Below, in pieces: positions 23,375 through 37,284 of a stretch of 64,000 nucleotides of DNA. The notes under the pieces are model-generated. The model was not told where the DNA came from. It was given only the letters and a program-made list of their open reading frames with translations, and made no database searches. Origin of the DNA: Octopus vulgaris (lineage: Eukaryota); contig OX597822.1 of assembly GCA_951406725.2 (NCBI GenBank), positions 93,930,001 through 93,994,000 of the forward strand, read 5' to 3'. How positions within the stretch are numbered: the stretch's first letter is position 1; every line of letters starts with the position of its first letter. The position numbers were made by a program, and so were the translations under genes.

Positions 23375-25077
23375 TCAGGTTGAATAAAAGGTAAGCAACG
23401 TTTTGAAACATGAAGAATTTGTACCGGATCATTACAGAGTTTTGAATTTTTTTAAAGCATTTTTTAAAAATTGCCTGATAATACAGACACAGACTTACCC
23501 AAATGCATCATTAAATTAACATTGATAGATTTTTAATCGTTGTTATTAGGTTGTTCCGAAAATAATGGCCGCTTTAAGTGTTGTGTTTTGAAACGAAATT
23601 TTATCATAGTATTTTAATTATATTTTAGGTGAATTTCGACAAACATAATAATTGATATGCTCTTTAATAATTTTATACTTGTTTCAGACAGAAAACATTC
23701 TTAAAGCACAGGCGCCCTTAATTATGAACATGACAAAAAAAGGACTTCCGCTTACTTTCCTTGCATGAGTTCAACCTTGGGCACAATGCCTCCCAAACTG
23801 CTGCCAATATCAACAGAGCATGGGGAGAGGCGTCCACAAGTGATCGCACAGTACGAAGGTGGTTTCAGAAATTCCGTAGTTGTGAAGAAAGCCTTGAAGG
23901 GAATTGTTAATTTTTCCGGAATAAAATCATGTTTCTGAAATCGGCCATTATTTTCGGAACAACCTTATTATACAATCATCTGAAATGGCACTGTCAAAGC
24001 GCGACATTCGAGCAATTTTGCTATTCAACTTCAAAAAAGACGTAAAGCAGCTGAAACTGCTCGCAGTATCAACGAAACGTTTTGTGAGGAAATGACCAGT
24101 GAGTGGTCAGCTTGAAAATGGTTTAAGCGATTTCGCAGTGCAGACCTGAGCCTTGAAGATCGTGAGCGTAGTGGAAGCCCATCTGTCATGTATGACGGTC
24201 AGTTAAAAACCGTTATTGAGAAAGATCCACGTAAAACAACTCGAGAACTGGCTAAAAAACTTCAAGTTAGCCAGAAAACTGCATGCAATCGTTTGCATGC
24301 GATCGGAAAATCAAAGAAGCTCGACAAATGGGTACCACACAATTTGAATGAAAATCAGAAAATGTGCAGGTATGAAATTTGCTCGTCGCTTCTTCTCTGT
24401 AACCAGACCGAATACCATTTCTCGATCGTATTGTAACTTGCGATGGAAAGTGGATTCTCTATAATAAAAAAAAAACCTTCTTCGCAGTAGTTGGACCAAA
24501 ATAAAGCACCGAAAACCTTCCTTAAACCTGAGCTCTTCAAAAAGAAGTTTATGGTGACTGTTTGGTGGTGTACAGCTGGACTCATCCACTATAACTTCTT
24601 AAAACCCGGAAAAACCATTACTGCAGAAACGTATTGCCATGAAGCTGCCAAAATGAACGAAAGACTGCTACTCCTTCGTCCCAGACTGGTCAACAGAAGA
24701 GGGTCAATCATTCTTCATGACAATACTCGATCACACGTTTTACTAATGACGATCCAGAAGTTGAGGGAATTTGGCTACGAAATTCTTTCCCACCCAGTTT
24801 ATTTCCCAGAACTTTCTGCTACCAACTACCACTTTTTCAAGACCTTGATGGTTTCCTGCAAGAGAAGGAGTTCAAAAATCAAACCGATGCTGAAAGTGCG
24901 TTCAAAGATTTCATCAGCTCCAGAACTCCAGATTTTTATATTACCGGAATAAACAAACTTGTAACTTGTTGGCAAAAGTGTTTTGATTGTAATGATACTT
25001 ACTTTGAAATATACTATTGAAATATATTGCGATGAATTTCATGTTTCAAAACGTTGCTTACATTTTACATAGCCTGA
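23375..25077 (+). mobile_element. mariner (Hsmar1/cecropia-like) transposon with degraded transposase from 23984
   Basis: Imperfect TIRs TCAGGTTG..GTAAGCAACGTTTTGAAACATGAA / TTCATGTTTCAAAACGTTGCTTAC..CCTGA with TA flanks. Motifs WVPH, HDN, YFPELSATNYHFF. Confidence 0.92.
23546..23967 (+). mobile_element. Internally deleted mariner nested in the 5' region of the other mariner
   Basis: 26-bp TIRs TTAGGTTGTTCCGAAAATAATGGCCG / CGGCCATTATTTTCGGAACAACCTTA. Retains the HTH part HEFNLGHNASQTAANINRAWG..TVRRWFQKFRS. Confidence 0.88.
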
Positions 25078-25085
25078 TATATATA

Positions 25086-25430
25086 GTTCAAATTTAGAGA
25101 AAAACAAAGACAAAGACAGGTGTAGGAACAGTGAGCAAATGTATTAGTTTGACGCTCAAGGAAAATGGAAAGGGTAGAAAATTTAGAAAATATATATATT
25201 ACGTATGTATGTATGTATGTATGTATGTATGTATGTATGTATGTATGTATGTATGTATGTATGTATGTGTATGCGTCTTTTTGTTTGTCTTTGTCCCCAC
25301 CACCGCATGTTGGTTTATTTACGTTCCTGTATACGTATATATATATAGTTGGAATTTACAAAAAAAAACAAAAGACGAAGATAGGTGTGTAAACAACGAA
25401 CGGGTGTATTAGTTTAACGCTCGGGAAGGT
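25086..25430 (-). mobile_element. Two short Penelope-type 3' tails, inverted relative to the adjacent element
   Basis: The reverse complements of 25345-25430 and 25086-25175 match 27640-27720 (gagcg..actaatac..cacct..cttcgtcttttgttt). Confidence 0.7.
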
Positions 25431-25445
25431 GTATATATATATATA

Positions 25446-27721
25446 GCCTCTATACTGTTATCCCTCACCACGAAGGACTGCAGGCCCTTCGACACTTTCT
25501 TGACCTCCGCTCTAACCCTGTACCTGACACCTCCACACTCATTCGTCTGGCCGAACTTGTCCTTACTCTGAACTGCTTCTCGTTCGCGGGCGAGTTCTAC
25601 CATCAGGTCTCGGGAGTGGCCATGGGAACGCGAATGGGCCCCAACTATGCGAACCTGTTCGTTGGTTATGTTGAGGCCCAAATATTCTCTAATTTCACTG
25701 GTCCCACTCCTGAACTATATGGTCGTTATATTGACGACATTATCGGTGCCACCTCACTCTCCCGCGAACATCTAGATTCCTTCCTCTCTTTCGTCCAATC
25801 TTTCCATCCAGCCCTCCACTTCACTTCCACTATCTCCAACACCTCTGTCTCCTTCCTCGACATTTCGGTTAGCATTCTTCACTCCACTCTTACCACCTCC
25901 ATTCACTACAAACACACAGACTCACACTCATACCTCAACTTCTCTTCCTCCCGCCCAGAACACACCAAGCTTTCCATCCCCTATTCCCAATTCCTCCGTC
26001 TACGTAGGCTCTGTAGTGACGACCATGACTTTGAGACTCAGTCTCAACGTATGGCTCACCACTTCACCCTACGTGGATACCCCCTCACCACTATCCACAC
26101 CGCCCTTGCCAGAGCACGGTCCGTGGACCGTGTATCTGCTCTCTCTCCCCGAACCCGCCCTGTAGTCTCCCGCCTCCCTTTTCCCCTCACTTACCACCCC
26201 ACGACTCTACGTCTCCAACGCACCATTCTTCGAGCTTTCCGTCATCTCCAGTCCGACCCGTCCACTTCACACCTCTTCCCTAACCGACCCCTCCCCTCTT
26301 TCAAACGAGCCCACAACCTTCGAGACCTTTTGGTCCATAGCTCCTTCCCTGACCCTACCTCCCAACCCGGCTCGTTCCCCTGCTCCCGCCCACGTTGCCG
26401 CACTTGCCTTTACCCCTCCAACACCACCCGCCTCACTAGCACCCACCATCGACCCTATCCCATCATCCACTCCTTCACCTGCACCTCCAGCAATATTATC
26501 TATTGCATCTCTTGCTCTCTCTGCAATTCCTTGTATATCGGACAAACGGGACGCCGCTTGGCTGACCGGTTCGCGGAACACCTTCGTGACATCCACCTTG
26601 CGAACGACACACCGGTCTCACGCCATTTCCGCTCCACCGGTCACTCCTTGCAACACCTATCTGTGTTCGGTTTGTCCTTACACAGAGGCCATCCGGATTC
26701 CCGTTTGCGCCGTGAACAGGAATTAATCTTCTCTCTTCGCTCTTATACGCCATTTGGTCTCAACTCTCCCCCCTCCTCATCTAACCCCCCTCTCCCCCCT
26801 CCTCACCTATCCTTTCTCCCCCCGACCCCTACTTCTACAGTCCTTCATCCTTTCACCCCTACTCCCCTTCCCTTCTTCCCTCTTTCTCCCTCCCTCTTCC
26901 CCTTCCCTCTGCTCCCTCACTCCCTCTCTCCCTCTTTCCTCCTTCATCCCCCTCCTCCCCTTCCTTCTCCCCCATCCTCTCCTCTTCCCCCTTCTCCTCC
27001 CCCTCTTCTTCCCCTCGCCTTCTCTCCCCCTCTTCTCCCCCTCCCCCTCTTCTCCTCACTACACCACATGACTTTACACATCACATCACATATGATGTGC
27101 CATACTAATACACACACCAACTAATACATACTAATACGTACTAATACATACCAGTACATACTAATATTTACACCAACCCTATACATACACACGTCCAGAC
27201 CCCGCATACGCACTTATACTCTCTCACACACACACACACACACCTATACATACCAATACGTACTAATACATACTAATACATACTAATACATACACCAACC
27301 CCATACATACGCACGTCCAGACCAATCTTACGCACTAATACTCTCTCATACACACACACACACACCCTTATACATACTAATACATACACCAACCCTATAC
27401 ATACACACATCCAGACCCCTCCCACGCACTTTTAGCTGGTCCCTCAACCCTTTTATCAACCCTATTATCTCCCCTTATTTCGCTCTCGCGTCTCATGTTT
27501 GATCTTTGACCTCTGGCCGAAATCAGATCGCCATGTTGATTCGTTAGCTACTGCACGCATTTTTTTTCTCTCCTTCTTTTTGTGTATCTTTCTGTTGAAG
27601 AGCGTAGGCTCGAAACGTTAAAGACTTGTTTTATTTATATTTCCTGAGCGCCATACTAATACAATTGTTCGTTTGTTTTCCACCTGCCTTCGTCTTTTGT
27701 TTATTTTCATAAAGCTTCCCG

Positions 27722-27722
<1 letters not shown>
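25446..27722 (+). mobile_element. 5'-truncated Penelope-like retroelement (RT plus GIY-YIG endonuclease), flanked by (TA)n
   Basis: ORF 25616..27124 has GVAMGTRMGPNYANLF, RYIDD, FLDI, C..PRC.TC, IIYCISC..C..LYIGQTGR..RFAEH, GLN. Upstream SLYTVIPH; tandem-repeat 3' UTR. Confidence 0.95.
27587..27624 (+). ncRNA. Minimal hammerhead-like motif with non-canonical core in the Penelope 3' region
   Basis: TCTTT CTGTTGA A GAGC-GTAG-GCTC GAAA CG TT AAAGA. Second copy at 51634-51671 has core CTGTCGA. Confidence 0.5.
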
Positions 27723-28050
<328 letters not shown>

Positions 28051-28419
28051 TAGTAATTTGTGGTAAATCATTTTACCTTTAGTAAATGAATTGATTGCAT
28101 CGCAATCATTAACATTTATGTATTAACTTTGTTGGGTACTTCACTAGCAGTATATTGGATATATGTTATCCCATGGAGGGTTGCATTTACAACCCCTATC
28201 TCAATTTGTGTGTGTATATATATATATATATATGGAGCAGATTTTGCTATGTCATTGCGCCTCTAAGCATATTCTATTGGTACCGGTGTGGGTACATCCC
28301 GATATAATGTGGTGTATAGTTTCAGAACTGTTAACCTTTGACATCTGGAAGCTGCACCAATAAAACCAAATGAACTTACTTGCATACTCACAATGCAATC
28401 AACATCGTTGCAGTAGAGG

Positions 28420-28949
28420 TGCAGCAACAGCAGCAGCCGCAGCAGCAGCAGGTGGCAGCAGGTGCTACAAACTATTACGTCAATCGCTTGCAAGTACGGT
28501 TACTATGCGTACCACTGTTCTTCTTCGCCATCATCGTCATCATCATCATCATCATCATCATCATCACGGTATTCATCTTCATCACCATCATACATTCATA
28601 GGTATGATACCTTCCGTTAGCACCATCACCACCATCACAACCATCACCACTACTACACCACCGTCGCCACCCACCACCACCACCACCATCACTGCCACCG
28701 TCGCCGCCGCCACCACCACTGCTACCACTGCAGCAGCAGCAGCAGCACCACCACCACCACCACTGTCACCACCATCACCACTGCCACCGCCGCCGCCGCC
28801 GTCACCACTATTACCATGACGATGATGAAGATGACGACGACGACCACCACCACCACCACTACCACCACCACTCAACAACAAGAGCAACAACACAACCACC
28901 ACCACCACCATCGTCACCAATGCAACTCTACCATCATCACACCACCACC

Positions 28950-28981
<32 letters not shown>

Positions 28982-29130
28982 CAGCAACAACAACGACAAA
29001 ATTAATAACAACAGCAACACAAACACAACTACAGCGCAACCACAACCGGCATAGCCACCACCTCCACAATAACAACAACAACAACAACCATAAGCACCAC
29101 CACCACCACCACCATAACAACAACAGCAAT
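28420..29130. repeat. Compound trinucleotide repeat field (CAG, CAT, CAC, CGC, GAC, CAA)
   Basis: Seen directly. Confidence 0.9.
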
Positions 29131-29359
29131 CTCCCCTCACTCCTCTATTGAATCTCAAACACATCTATTACTTTGGACATGAACTAAAAGTATAATCTCA
29201 CCAAACACGTGAACAGAAAACACGTTACATCTGGTTCTTGCATATTCCCACCTTCTTTTCTTTGTCTTTCATCTTGTTCTGTATCTCTCGAACCAAACAA
29301 GATTCTCTCTGCTGAGGCTGCTCCTACTACTGCAACTCTTTCCCAGATTCGATAGTTGG

Positions 29360-29465
29360 TTTGGTATTAAGCAAGAGTTTAACTTCTACATATATCAGAG
29401 AGTGATAGTGTGCGTGATGTAAGAATCTAGAGGGAGGAAGAGAGAGAGAGAGAGCAATAGAAAGA

Positions 29466-29500
<35 letters not shown>

Positions 29501-29635
29501 TGTGGTAAGGAGAGCAAGTCAGGTATATTCTTAATTCGTTGGTATTAAGCAAGAGTTTAATTTCTACATATATCAGAGAGTGATAGTGTGCGTGATGTAA
29601 GAATCTAGAGGGAGGAAGAGAGAGAGAGCGATAGA

Positions 29636-29696
<61 letters not shown>

Positions 29697-29733
29697 TAAG
29701 GAGAGCAAGTCAGGTATATTCTTAATTCGTTGG
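29360..29733. repeat. Two-copy tandem duplication of about 180 bp, each copy containing (AG)n
   Basis: ttggtattaagcaagagtttaa...caggtatattcttaattcgttgg occurs twice. Confidence 0.9.
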
Positions 29734-29978
29734 ATGCTATTCTTTATTCTGTTCGATATTGCTATTGACCAATCAAAATGACGAAACTGTTAATTTTGTT
29801 TTGCAAACCGAAATTGAAATACAGTTACTCTTACATAAGTTTATATACATGCATGCATATATGTATGCAGCGATGCATATATGCATATTGAATATATGCA
29901 AATATGCATATTGAATATATGCATACATGCATGCATATATACAGTATAAATCATAGACAGCCATTAGTAACATGTACC

Positions 29979-30212
29979 AGGCAGCGAGCTGGCAGAAACG
30001 TTAGCACGCCGGGCGAAATGCTTAGCAGTTTTTCGTCTGCCGTTACGTTCTGAGTTCAAATTCCGCCGAGGTCGACTTTGCCTTTCATCCTTTCAGGGTC
30101 GATAAACTAAGTATCAGTTACGCACTGGGGTCGATGTAATCGACTTAATCCGTTTCTCTGTCCTTGTTTGTCCACTCTATGTTTAGCCCCTTGTGGGTAA
30201 TAAAGAAATAAG
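29979..30212 (+). mobile_element. Monomeric Meta-domain SINE with L1/Tx1-like tail
   Basis: Head, Meta-like domain, ends gggtaataaagaaataag. Similar monomers at 41826-42036 (minus) and 49683-49918. Confidence 0.85.
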
Positions 30213-30315
30213 TAATATGTACCATGCTGTTACTAATAATTTTCGGTGCCTGTATAGTCGCTCTCAAGTCCACACCCTTGGTCCAGCGGAACATCTAGGA
30301 TGTGAAGGGAGAAAG

Positions 30316-30376
<61 letters not shown>

Positions 30377-30987
30377 TACCATTATTCATCTGGTACTCAT
30401 TTGCAGCTGTATAGACTGGAGTACCGTAAACTGAAGTTCTTTGCTCAAGGACACACCGTGCTGCCCTATATAGGAATTGAATTCACGACCTTATGATAGT
30501 GAACCGTCATCATCATCATCATTGTTCGACCGTGGTCGAGACAATGGAATTTACCATGCTACGCCAGACTTCACGGTCCATCATGGCATTACGGAGGTCC
30601 TGTTGCTGGATGCCTGTATCCCTGGAGATTACATCAGGGTAGGAGAGTGTGCGCCCTCTGGTATTGCGAGTAGATGACTTCCAGAGGAGAAGAGTAGAAA
30701 TTACTAGTTAACCACTATCCACTATCCACTAACCGCTGTCCTACCACCACTACCATCATAAAATAACAACTTCCTGCAAGAAATCTCAAGATCTATTAAC
30801 CATTTGGGAACAAGAGAGGGCGGAGTTTTCCGAAATGATTTGTGTAGGGTCTTGGAGTTTCAACTGATAGCCCAATCTCGTACATTAGTGATGAGACGAA
30901 CCCTTCTTTTTTTTTTATCTCCGTATGTTGAAAATTCAATTTTCTAATAATCCTAGTATTCGAATGCTACTTCTATACAAATAGTTT

Positions 30988-31653
30988 ACTTTTTAAAGTT
31001 ATCTCCACAGATTTTCTTCGGAAATAAGAGCCAGCACTGAAAATTACGTTTCGTATACCAAACACGTCTGAAGAAAGGCTGAAGACGCTCGACCTTTATT
31101 CTCATTCTTGCTCACAACATCATAAGCGGAAAGTGTAACCACTCGAAAAAGCTGTTCTTCACTCCTGCTCCAGAGCGTCGGCTGCGGGGATCATTCCGAA
31201 AAGCTCTATCTGCGACGATTTCATCTCAATCGAAGGAGAGGGGTTGCGGATCCGTGGAATAAGCTGTCGGACGAGATGGTGAAGATGCCGACGACCGCTC
31301 GGTTCAAAGTCTCCCTTGACCACAAGTGGCCTGAACTCTTTACATGAACACCACCCTGTACATAACTCCATGTCCCCCTACATGGCCTTGCTTTTTGCTT
31401 TTTGAGGCAAAAATTTAACGAAATAACTAACTAACGTCTGAGTAATCAATGCGATCGAAGATAAACAAATGGCAAAGGGTATATATGCATATTTCAGGAG
31501 ATATTGCTCCTACTTCGGCATCACATTCAACCCATTAACCGTCTCCGAACACATTGCTTAAATAGTCACTAAATTTAGCGGTGTAACACAATTGGGTATA
31601 CCAATTTTACATAATATTTTAATGGAAAATCTGTGGAGATAACTTTAAAAAGT
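30988..31653. mobile_element. MITE-like element with perfect 29-bp TIRs, hosting a CR1 fragment
   Basis: ACTTTTTAAAGTTATCTCCACAGATTTTC at 30988-31016 and its reverse complement at 31625-31653. Confidence 0.75.
31072..31433 (+). mobile_element. CR1/L2-type LINE 3' fragment
   Basis: EERLKTLDLYS..LILAHNII..RRLRG-HSEKLY..PWNKL..FKVSLDHKW, (AACT)n tail, 8-bp TSD ACGTCTGA at 31064-31071 and 31434-31441. Confidence 0.8.
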
Positions 31654-31920
31654 TTTTGAATCGCACTGCTAACACGGGCAGGACACAGTATTAACTTATA
31701 AGCCTTTAATATCTTTTGTAGCACATAATTGTTGCATAAGATACGGTGTCCCTACCAGCAATTAACAAGTAATTTAGTGTCAAATAATTAATATGGGTAA
31801 AACTTTTACAACATGATATTGGAAGATTTTTTAAAAGTCCATTGCATGTCACCTAAAAATATCAACGGTATGTCACTGCTTCCACGTGTGCCATAGAAAT
31901 GCCATTATTATTGCATCGTC

Positions 31921-32320
31921 AAGGCGGCGAGCTGGCAGAATCGTTAGCACGCCGGGCGAAATTCTTAGCAGTATTTCGTCTGTCTTTACGTTCCGAGTTC
32001 AAATTCCGCCGAGGTCAACTTTGCCTTTCATCCTTTAGGGGTCGATTAAATAAGTACCAGTTACGCACTGGGGTCGATATAATCGACTTAATCCGTTTGT
32101 CTGTCCTTGTTTGTCCTCTCTGTGTTTAGCCCCTTGTGGGTAGTGAAGAAACAGGTATTTTGCCCGCCGCTACGTTCTAAGTTCAAATTCGGCCGAGGTC
32201 GACTTTGCATTTCATGTTTTCGGGGTCGATGAAATAAGTATCAGTTACGTACGGTGGTCGATATAATCGACTAGCCCCCTTCGTCCAAAATGTTCAAGGC
32301 CTTGTGCCTAGAGTAGAAAT
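31921..32320 (+). mobile_element. Dimeric Meta-domain SINE
   Basis: Same structure as 9181-9578. Another dimer lies at 34709-35108. Confidence 0.85.
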
Positions 32321-32896
32321 AATTATTATTGCATCGTGCTAAATATGTCAACAGAAAAAAAAATACTCTGCAGTTCTTTCTTTGCTTAGTGCATAGCTAT
32401 TTTATTTGATAGTTAATCCAGCCATGCTTATAGCCAGTGGTCCAGAGGCATGCTGTTTCAACAATTTCCATTCCACGGTTACTACAACGGTTTCTATTTC
32501 TCTGAACCAGCTAGCTCCATACACCTTCCACTAGGCCCATCCAAAACATCAGACTCTTCTCTGTTTATCACCACTAATGTTCATCATTGTGAAGGCTCAG
32601 TACTAACCAAGTTGCTCAAACCATCAACGCCATACGTCAATTCTTTTGAATTTATCTTTCTGTAATTTTTCTTGCAAACTTTGACTCAGGCGGTGAAATG
32701 ACAAAATTGGTAGGTCCTACGTTATTTCATTGCAGTTCTTTACATTCTGAGTAGAATTTCCTGCCGAGACTAGTTGTGCATTTCATCCTCTTGGTGTCTA
32801 TAAATTAAAGTACCAATCGTGTACAGGAGTCGATTCGCTTACCTTTGATGTATCTTTGATGTAAATCGAATTATAATAGAATAAAGAGGAGGGGGA

Positions 32897-32927
<31 letters not shown>

Positions 32928-33299
32928 TTGAAAACTTATAAATGTTCAAGCTGAATATAAACCATATTAATCACTAACTTTTGGAAGTAATGTGCATAAA
33001 ATTATATATTACTTTAAAAGACACAAGATCAATGTTTTCATTAATCTTTCAAAATCAGACATCGGTACTGTAACTAGAATCTAAGATTACGCATCTATCA
33101 CCTGTATTCCTGTGGTACAATTCAACTTCCGTAATTAACTGATTTAATTCAATTCAAAATAAAAAAGAATTATTACTTTTTTCAATTTGATATACGCGAT
33201 TACTAGCCACCAATCACTAAATCTAACCTGAATAATGATATTCATTTTGCCAAACCATCTGATAGTGAAACAATATTTTAGGCTAGAAAGACCTTCCGT

Positions 33300-34600
33300 T
33301 GTTTTAAGAAGACTTTTTGGATAAAAAGCAAAATACTGAAACCTTGAAGTGAGCATAAGATGAAGGTAGAAGTGAAAACCCTGTGAGGATATTTATAAGA
33401 GCTATTACCCTTTAATATCTTATGGTTTAAACATAGATGATAGTTTTATTATTTTTCGAAATTTCAATTGACAATTAGCAGCTTCCTAAGCAATTTCAGT
33501 CTTGAAGTGTTAGGATTTAGTATTACAGTGAAAGCCCGCTAAAAAGTAATGAATTTCTTAGATGTCACCATTTATTTAGCTCGATACTCTGGCCCTATGA
33601 AAAAAGCATACTCGCACACATATGCACACACCAATTATCCAATCGCCAGTAAACATTGTTTACAACGCAATCAAAAGTATATTCCTAAAAATCCTAAAAA
33701 GTCATCTTTAAATGAAGAAATAATTCTGGAAAATTCGGAATACTACATCAAAGGATTCACTGAGAAATTACATTATTATCAAAATACTCAGAACCCTTCA
33801 GACAATCACAGGAAAAAAAAAAACAGAATGATGCAACCCACCACCAACTTATAAATCACAGCTCTTATCGCTAAAACCTATTTACTCTTTCATTCATATG
33901 CATTCGCCTAACCATAAATACCATTCATTTTCAACCAAGACACCTTTAAAATTGCTTTAGACCAGTGCTTTTCAAACGTTTTGCTGGAGCGGAACCCCAA
34001 GGAAACATTCCACTGGCTCGAGGAACCCCTGTGCAATAATTTAATAGTCTTATGCACACATATCTGCACAGGAGAATTAAAAATTACTGCCGATTTTAGC
34101 AGTTTTGTAACTTCTTGCGGAACCCCTGGACTGTACTGGCTGAACCCTAAGATTCCACGGAACCCTGGTTGAAAACCACTGCTTTAGACAAACGGTTATA
34201 AGGTTCATCCTATCCAAATTAAACATTCAGTGGGCCAACTAAAAGATACTTAATTACAAGTGAACTAATATAATTCTATGCTTATGACAAGAACTTGCTT
34301 AAATAAGGTACTACTATGTCGTGGAACCGTCGCAAATTCATCTGACCCTTCATAAATAGAATTAATGACCAATTTTTTCGATTTATCCATCACAAACAGT
34401 TTTTAAATAAGCCAAATAGAAAGACGTTTACAACTTTATTGCACAAAAATGAGATTTAAAATCTAACATCCCATACAACATACCCCAGAAAATCCAAACA
34501 TCACCACTGTATTATCCGTTTCATAATTAGTAAAATCATGTGATGCGAAATCTCTTATTATTCTCAAGTACAAATGCGTTTTTTTCCTTTTCCGTATAAA
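33300..34600 (+). pseudogene. Highly degraded Penelope-like RT remnant
   Basis: Broken motifs GL.IDDS (GLYRDDG-like), MNFLDVT, HTNYP; many stops. Confidence 0.4.
33963..34181. mobile_element. hAT (Charlie-like) MITE
   Basis: TIRs CAGTGCTTTTCAA / TTGAAAACCACTG; 8-bp TSD CTTTAGAC at 33955-33962 and 34182-34189. Confidence 0.9.
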
Positions 34601-35334
34601 AATATGTATTTTCAATGCCAGTATAAAATCTATAAAAAGATGAGTTTATGCCATCATATAATCTTTTAACCAGCTTTAACTCTATGAAATCTAATTATAT
34701 AATACAGCAAGGCCAAGAGTTGTCAGAATCGTTACCACGCCGGGCAAAATGCTTTGCGGTATTTCGTCTGTCTTTGTGCTCTGAGTACAAATTCCGCCGA
34801 GGTCGACTTTGCCTTTCATCCTTTCGGGGTCGATAAATTAAGTACCAGTTACGCACTGGGGTCGATGTAATCGACTTAATCCGTTTGTCTGTCCTTGTTT
34901 GTCCTCTCTATGTTTAGCCCCTTGTGGGTAGTAAAGAAATAGGTATTTCGTCTGTCTTTGTGCTCTGAGTACAAATTCCGCCAAGATCGACTTTGCCTTT
35001 CATCCTTTCGGGGTCGATAAAATAAGTACAAGTTAAGTACTGGGGTCGATGTAATCGACTATCCCCCTCCCCCAAATTTCAGGCCTTGTGCCTATAGTAG
35101 AAAGGATTATATAAAACAGTAAATAAAGAATATTGTACAATCATCATCATCATCATTGTTCGACTGTGGTCGAGACAATGGAATTTACCATGCTACGCCA
35201 GACTTCACGGTCCATCATGGCATTACGGAGGTCCTGTTGCAGGATGCCTGTATCCCTGGAGATTACATCAGGGTAGGAGAGTGTGCGCCCTCTGGTATTG
35301 CGAGTAGATGCATATCTAGTTTCTAACACGCACG

Positions 35335-35432
<98 letters not shown>

Positions 35433-36167
35433 TGTGCATAGGTATATATATATATATGAATAGATTGACAGAAAGATAAGCATGAGAGTCTCTATATGTA
35501 TATACCTGAAGGCGGCGAGCCGGCAGAAACATTAGCACGCCGGGCGAAATGTTTAGCAGTATTTTGTCTGTCTTTACGTTCTGAGTTCAAATTCCGCAGA
35601 GGTCGACTTTGCCTTTCATCTTTTCGGGGTCGATAAATTAAGTACAGATGTGTACTGGGTTCGATCTAATTGACTGGCCCCCTCCCTAAAAATTTCGGGC
35701 CTTGTGCCTAGAGTAGAAAAGTAAATGATTATACATGTATGTGTGTGTATGTGTGTATGAGTGAATGAATGTTCAGGTGCTCATTGATATATTAAGTTGC
35801 ATTTTATTCCTGTACTATCTATCTTCATATCAGCTGTGAGATCCTATTCAAGAATTTTATTCTTAAGACTTCGACTTTCAGTTTTGTTTATATTCTGTTT
35901 TGTTTATTGTATTTTAAGTTAAGAAAACAAAATTACGAATTTCTACAATTTGTATTGTTGTTTGTTCCTTCTCGAGCCACGCCTGGCTCATAAGACCGGT
36001 TTCCCAGTTTCCTTGGCGTATAGGTTCCCCCCACCTGGACGGGACGCCAGTCCGTCGCAGGTGAGCTGCAAGATGCAGAAGGAAAGAATGAGAGAAAGTT
36101 GTGGCGAAAGAGTCAGCAGAAGTTCGCCATTACCTTCTGCCGGAGCCGCGTGGAGCTTAGGTGTTTA

Positions 36168-36960
36168 GTGGACTCAAAAACGCCAGAACTGGCGACATCA
36201 GCAGTGGAGGACTGTAGTCTTCTCTGACGAAAGTCGATATTGCATTTCTGTGGCAGGTGGCAGAGTTAGGGTTTGGAGAAGGGCTGTGTGGTAGAGAGAG
36301 ACTCATGCGGAGGATAGAGCATGGATCTTTTCGATTTGAACGGCAATTTTTTCTAGCCGTGTCATATGAAATTGTCACCCATAATTATGACCCTAGTATC
36401 GATCTATTGCATTTCAATCTATTTTAGGATTAGGGTTAGTTGGGGTTAGTTAGGGTTAGGGTTAGGGGTGGGGGAAGGGTATCTTTTTTTCTTTACAAAT
36501 GTAAATAAACCCAATCTGTTTCTTAAACGAGGGACATATTCATACGGCACAGAATGTTCTTTTTACCTCAATACACGTGATTGATTGGTTGAAATTGCAG
36601 AAATTGAAGGAAAAAAAAACAACAAATATCTTACAAACTATAGAATTTTCTCAAGAAAGCCAAGAGAAAAAGATGTTTTATATACACATTCTACCAGTAT
36701 ACGAAGTTTAAAATTTTTTTAGTTACCTAGAAATTATGTTAAAAACTGCCGTTCAAACCACCGAAAAGATCCTAGAGCATCATGATATGGGGCGAGATTG
36801 CACTCAACCAGAAATCTGGCGGTAATCAACGCTAACGATGGTCACACGAGATATTGAGTTCATCTCTTTGAATCCAGGTCACTCCGTCGTCACGTGACAC
36901 CATGCAACGTCAAACATGTTTCGAGAACACATGTATCATTAGGAAAGAACGGTTTCTTAA
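36168..36960 (+). pseudogene. Tc1 transposase remnant split by a MITE
   Basis: WRTVVFSDESRY..GRVRVWRR before the MITE; SIMIWG continues across the TSD. Confidence 0.7.
36323..36772. mobile_element. Merlin-like telomeric-repeat MITE, complete
   Basis: TIRs at both ends; 8-bp TSD TAGAGCAT at 36315-36322 and 36773-36780. Confidence 0.92.
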
Positions 36961-37159
36961 TTAGCATTTTTCAGTCAATGCTATGGCAGCCTGTTAATAA
37001 ACCGGTTTCTATTTAGTGTGCGACATTTCTTTTGTGGTTCATTTTATGTATTCCACGCAAAGCAAGCCTGTTTCTCCTATGTTCATTGCACTGCCCGTGT
37101 GTATCTTTATAGTGAGTTAGTTACTGGTGGTTTGGGAAAGGTGGCTCCGATTATAGAAA

Positions 37160-37284
37160 GTAGTCATGATAAAACTCCGAGTTTCGGAAAAAAATGCTAT
37201 TTTTTCCGGTGGTCGGATAACTGAAGAGATGGCGGTGTGGATTTCCACCCCGACATCCGAAACTCGGAGTTTTATCATGACTAC
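37160..37284. mobile_element. 125-bp element with perfect 29-bp inverted repeats
   Basis: GTAGTCATGATAAAACTCCGAGTTTCGGA at 37160-37188 and its reverse complement at 37256-37284. No clear TSD. Confidence 0.7.

Noticed and set aside
28370-29164. Poly-Q/H/T/P ORFs that resemble transcription-factor low-complexity regions
   Set aside because: Compound trinucleotide repeats are open in several frames on both strands, with no domain or convincing exon boundaries.
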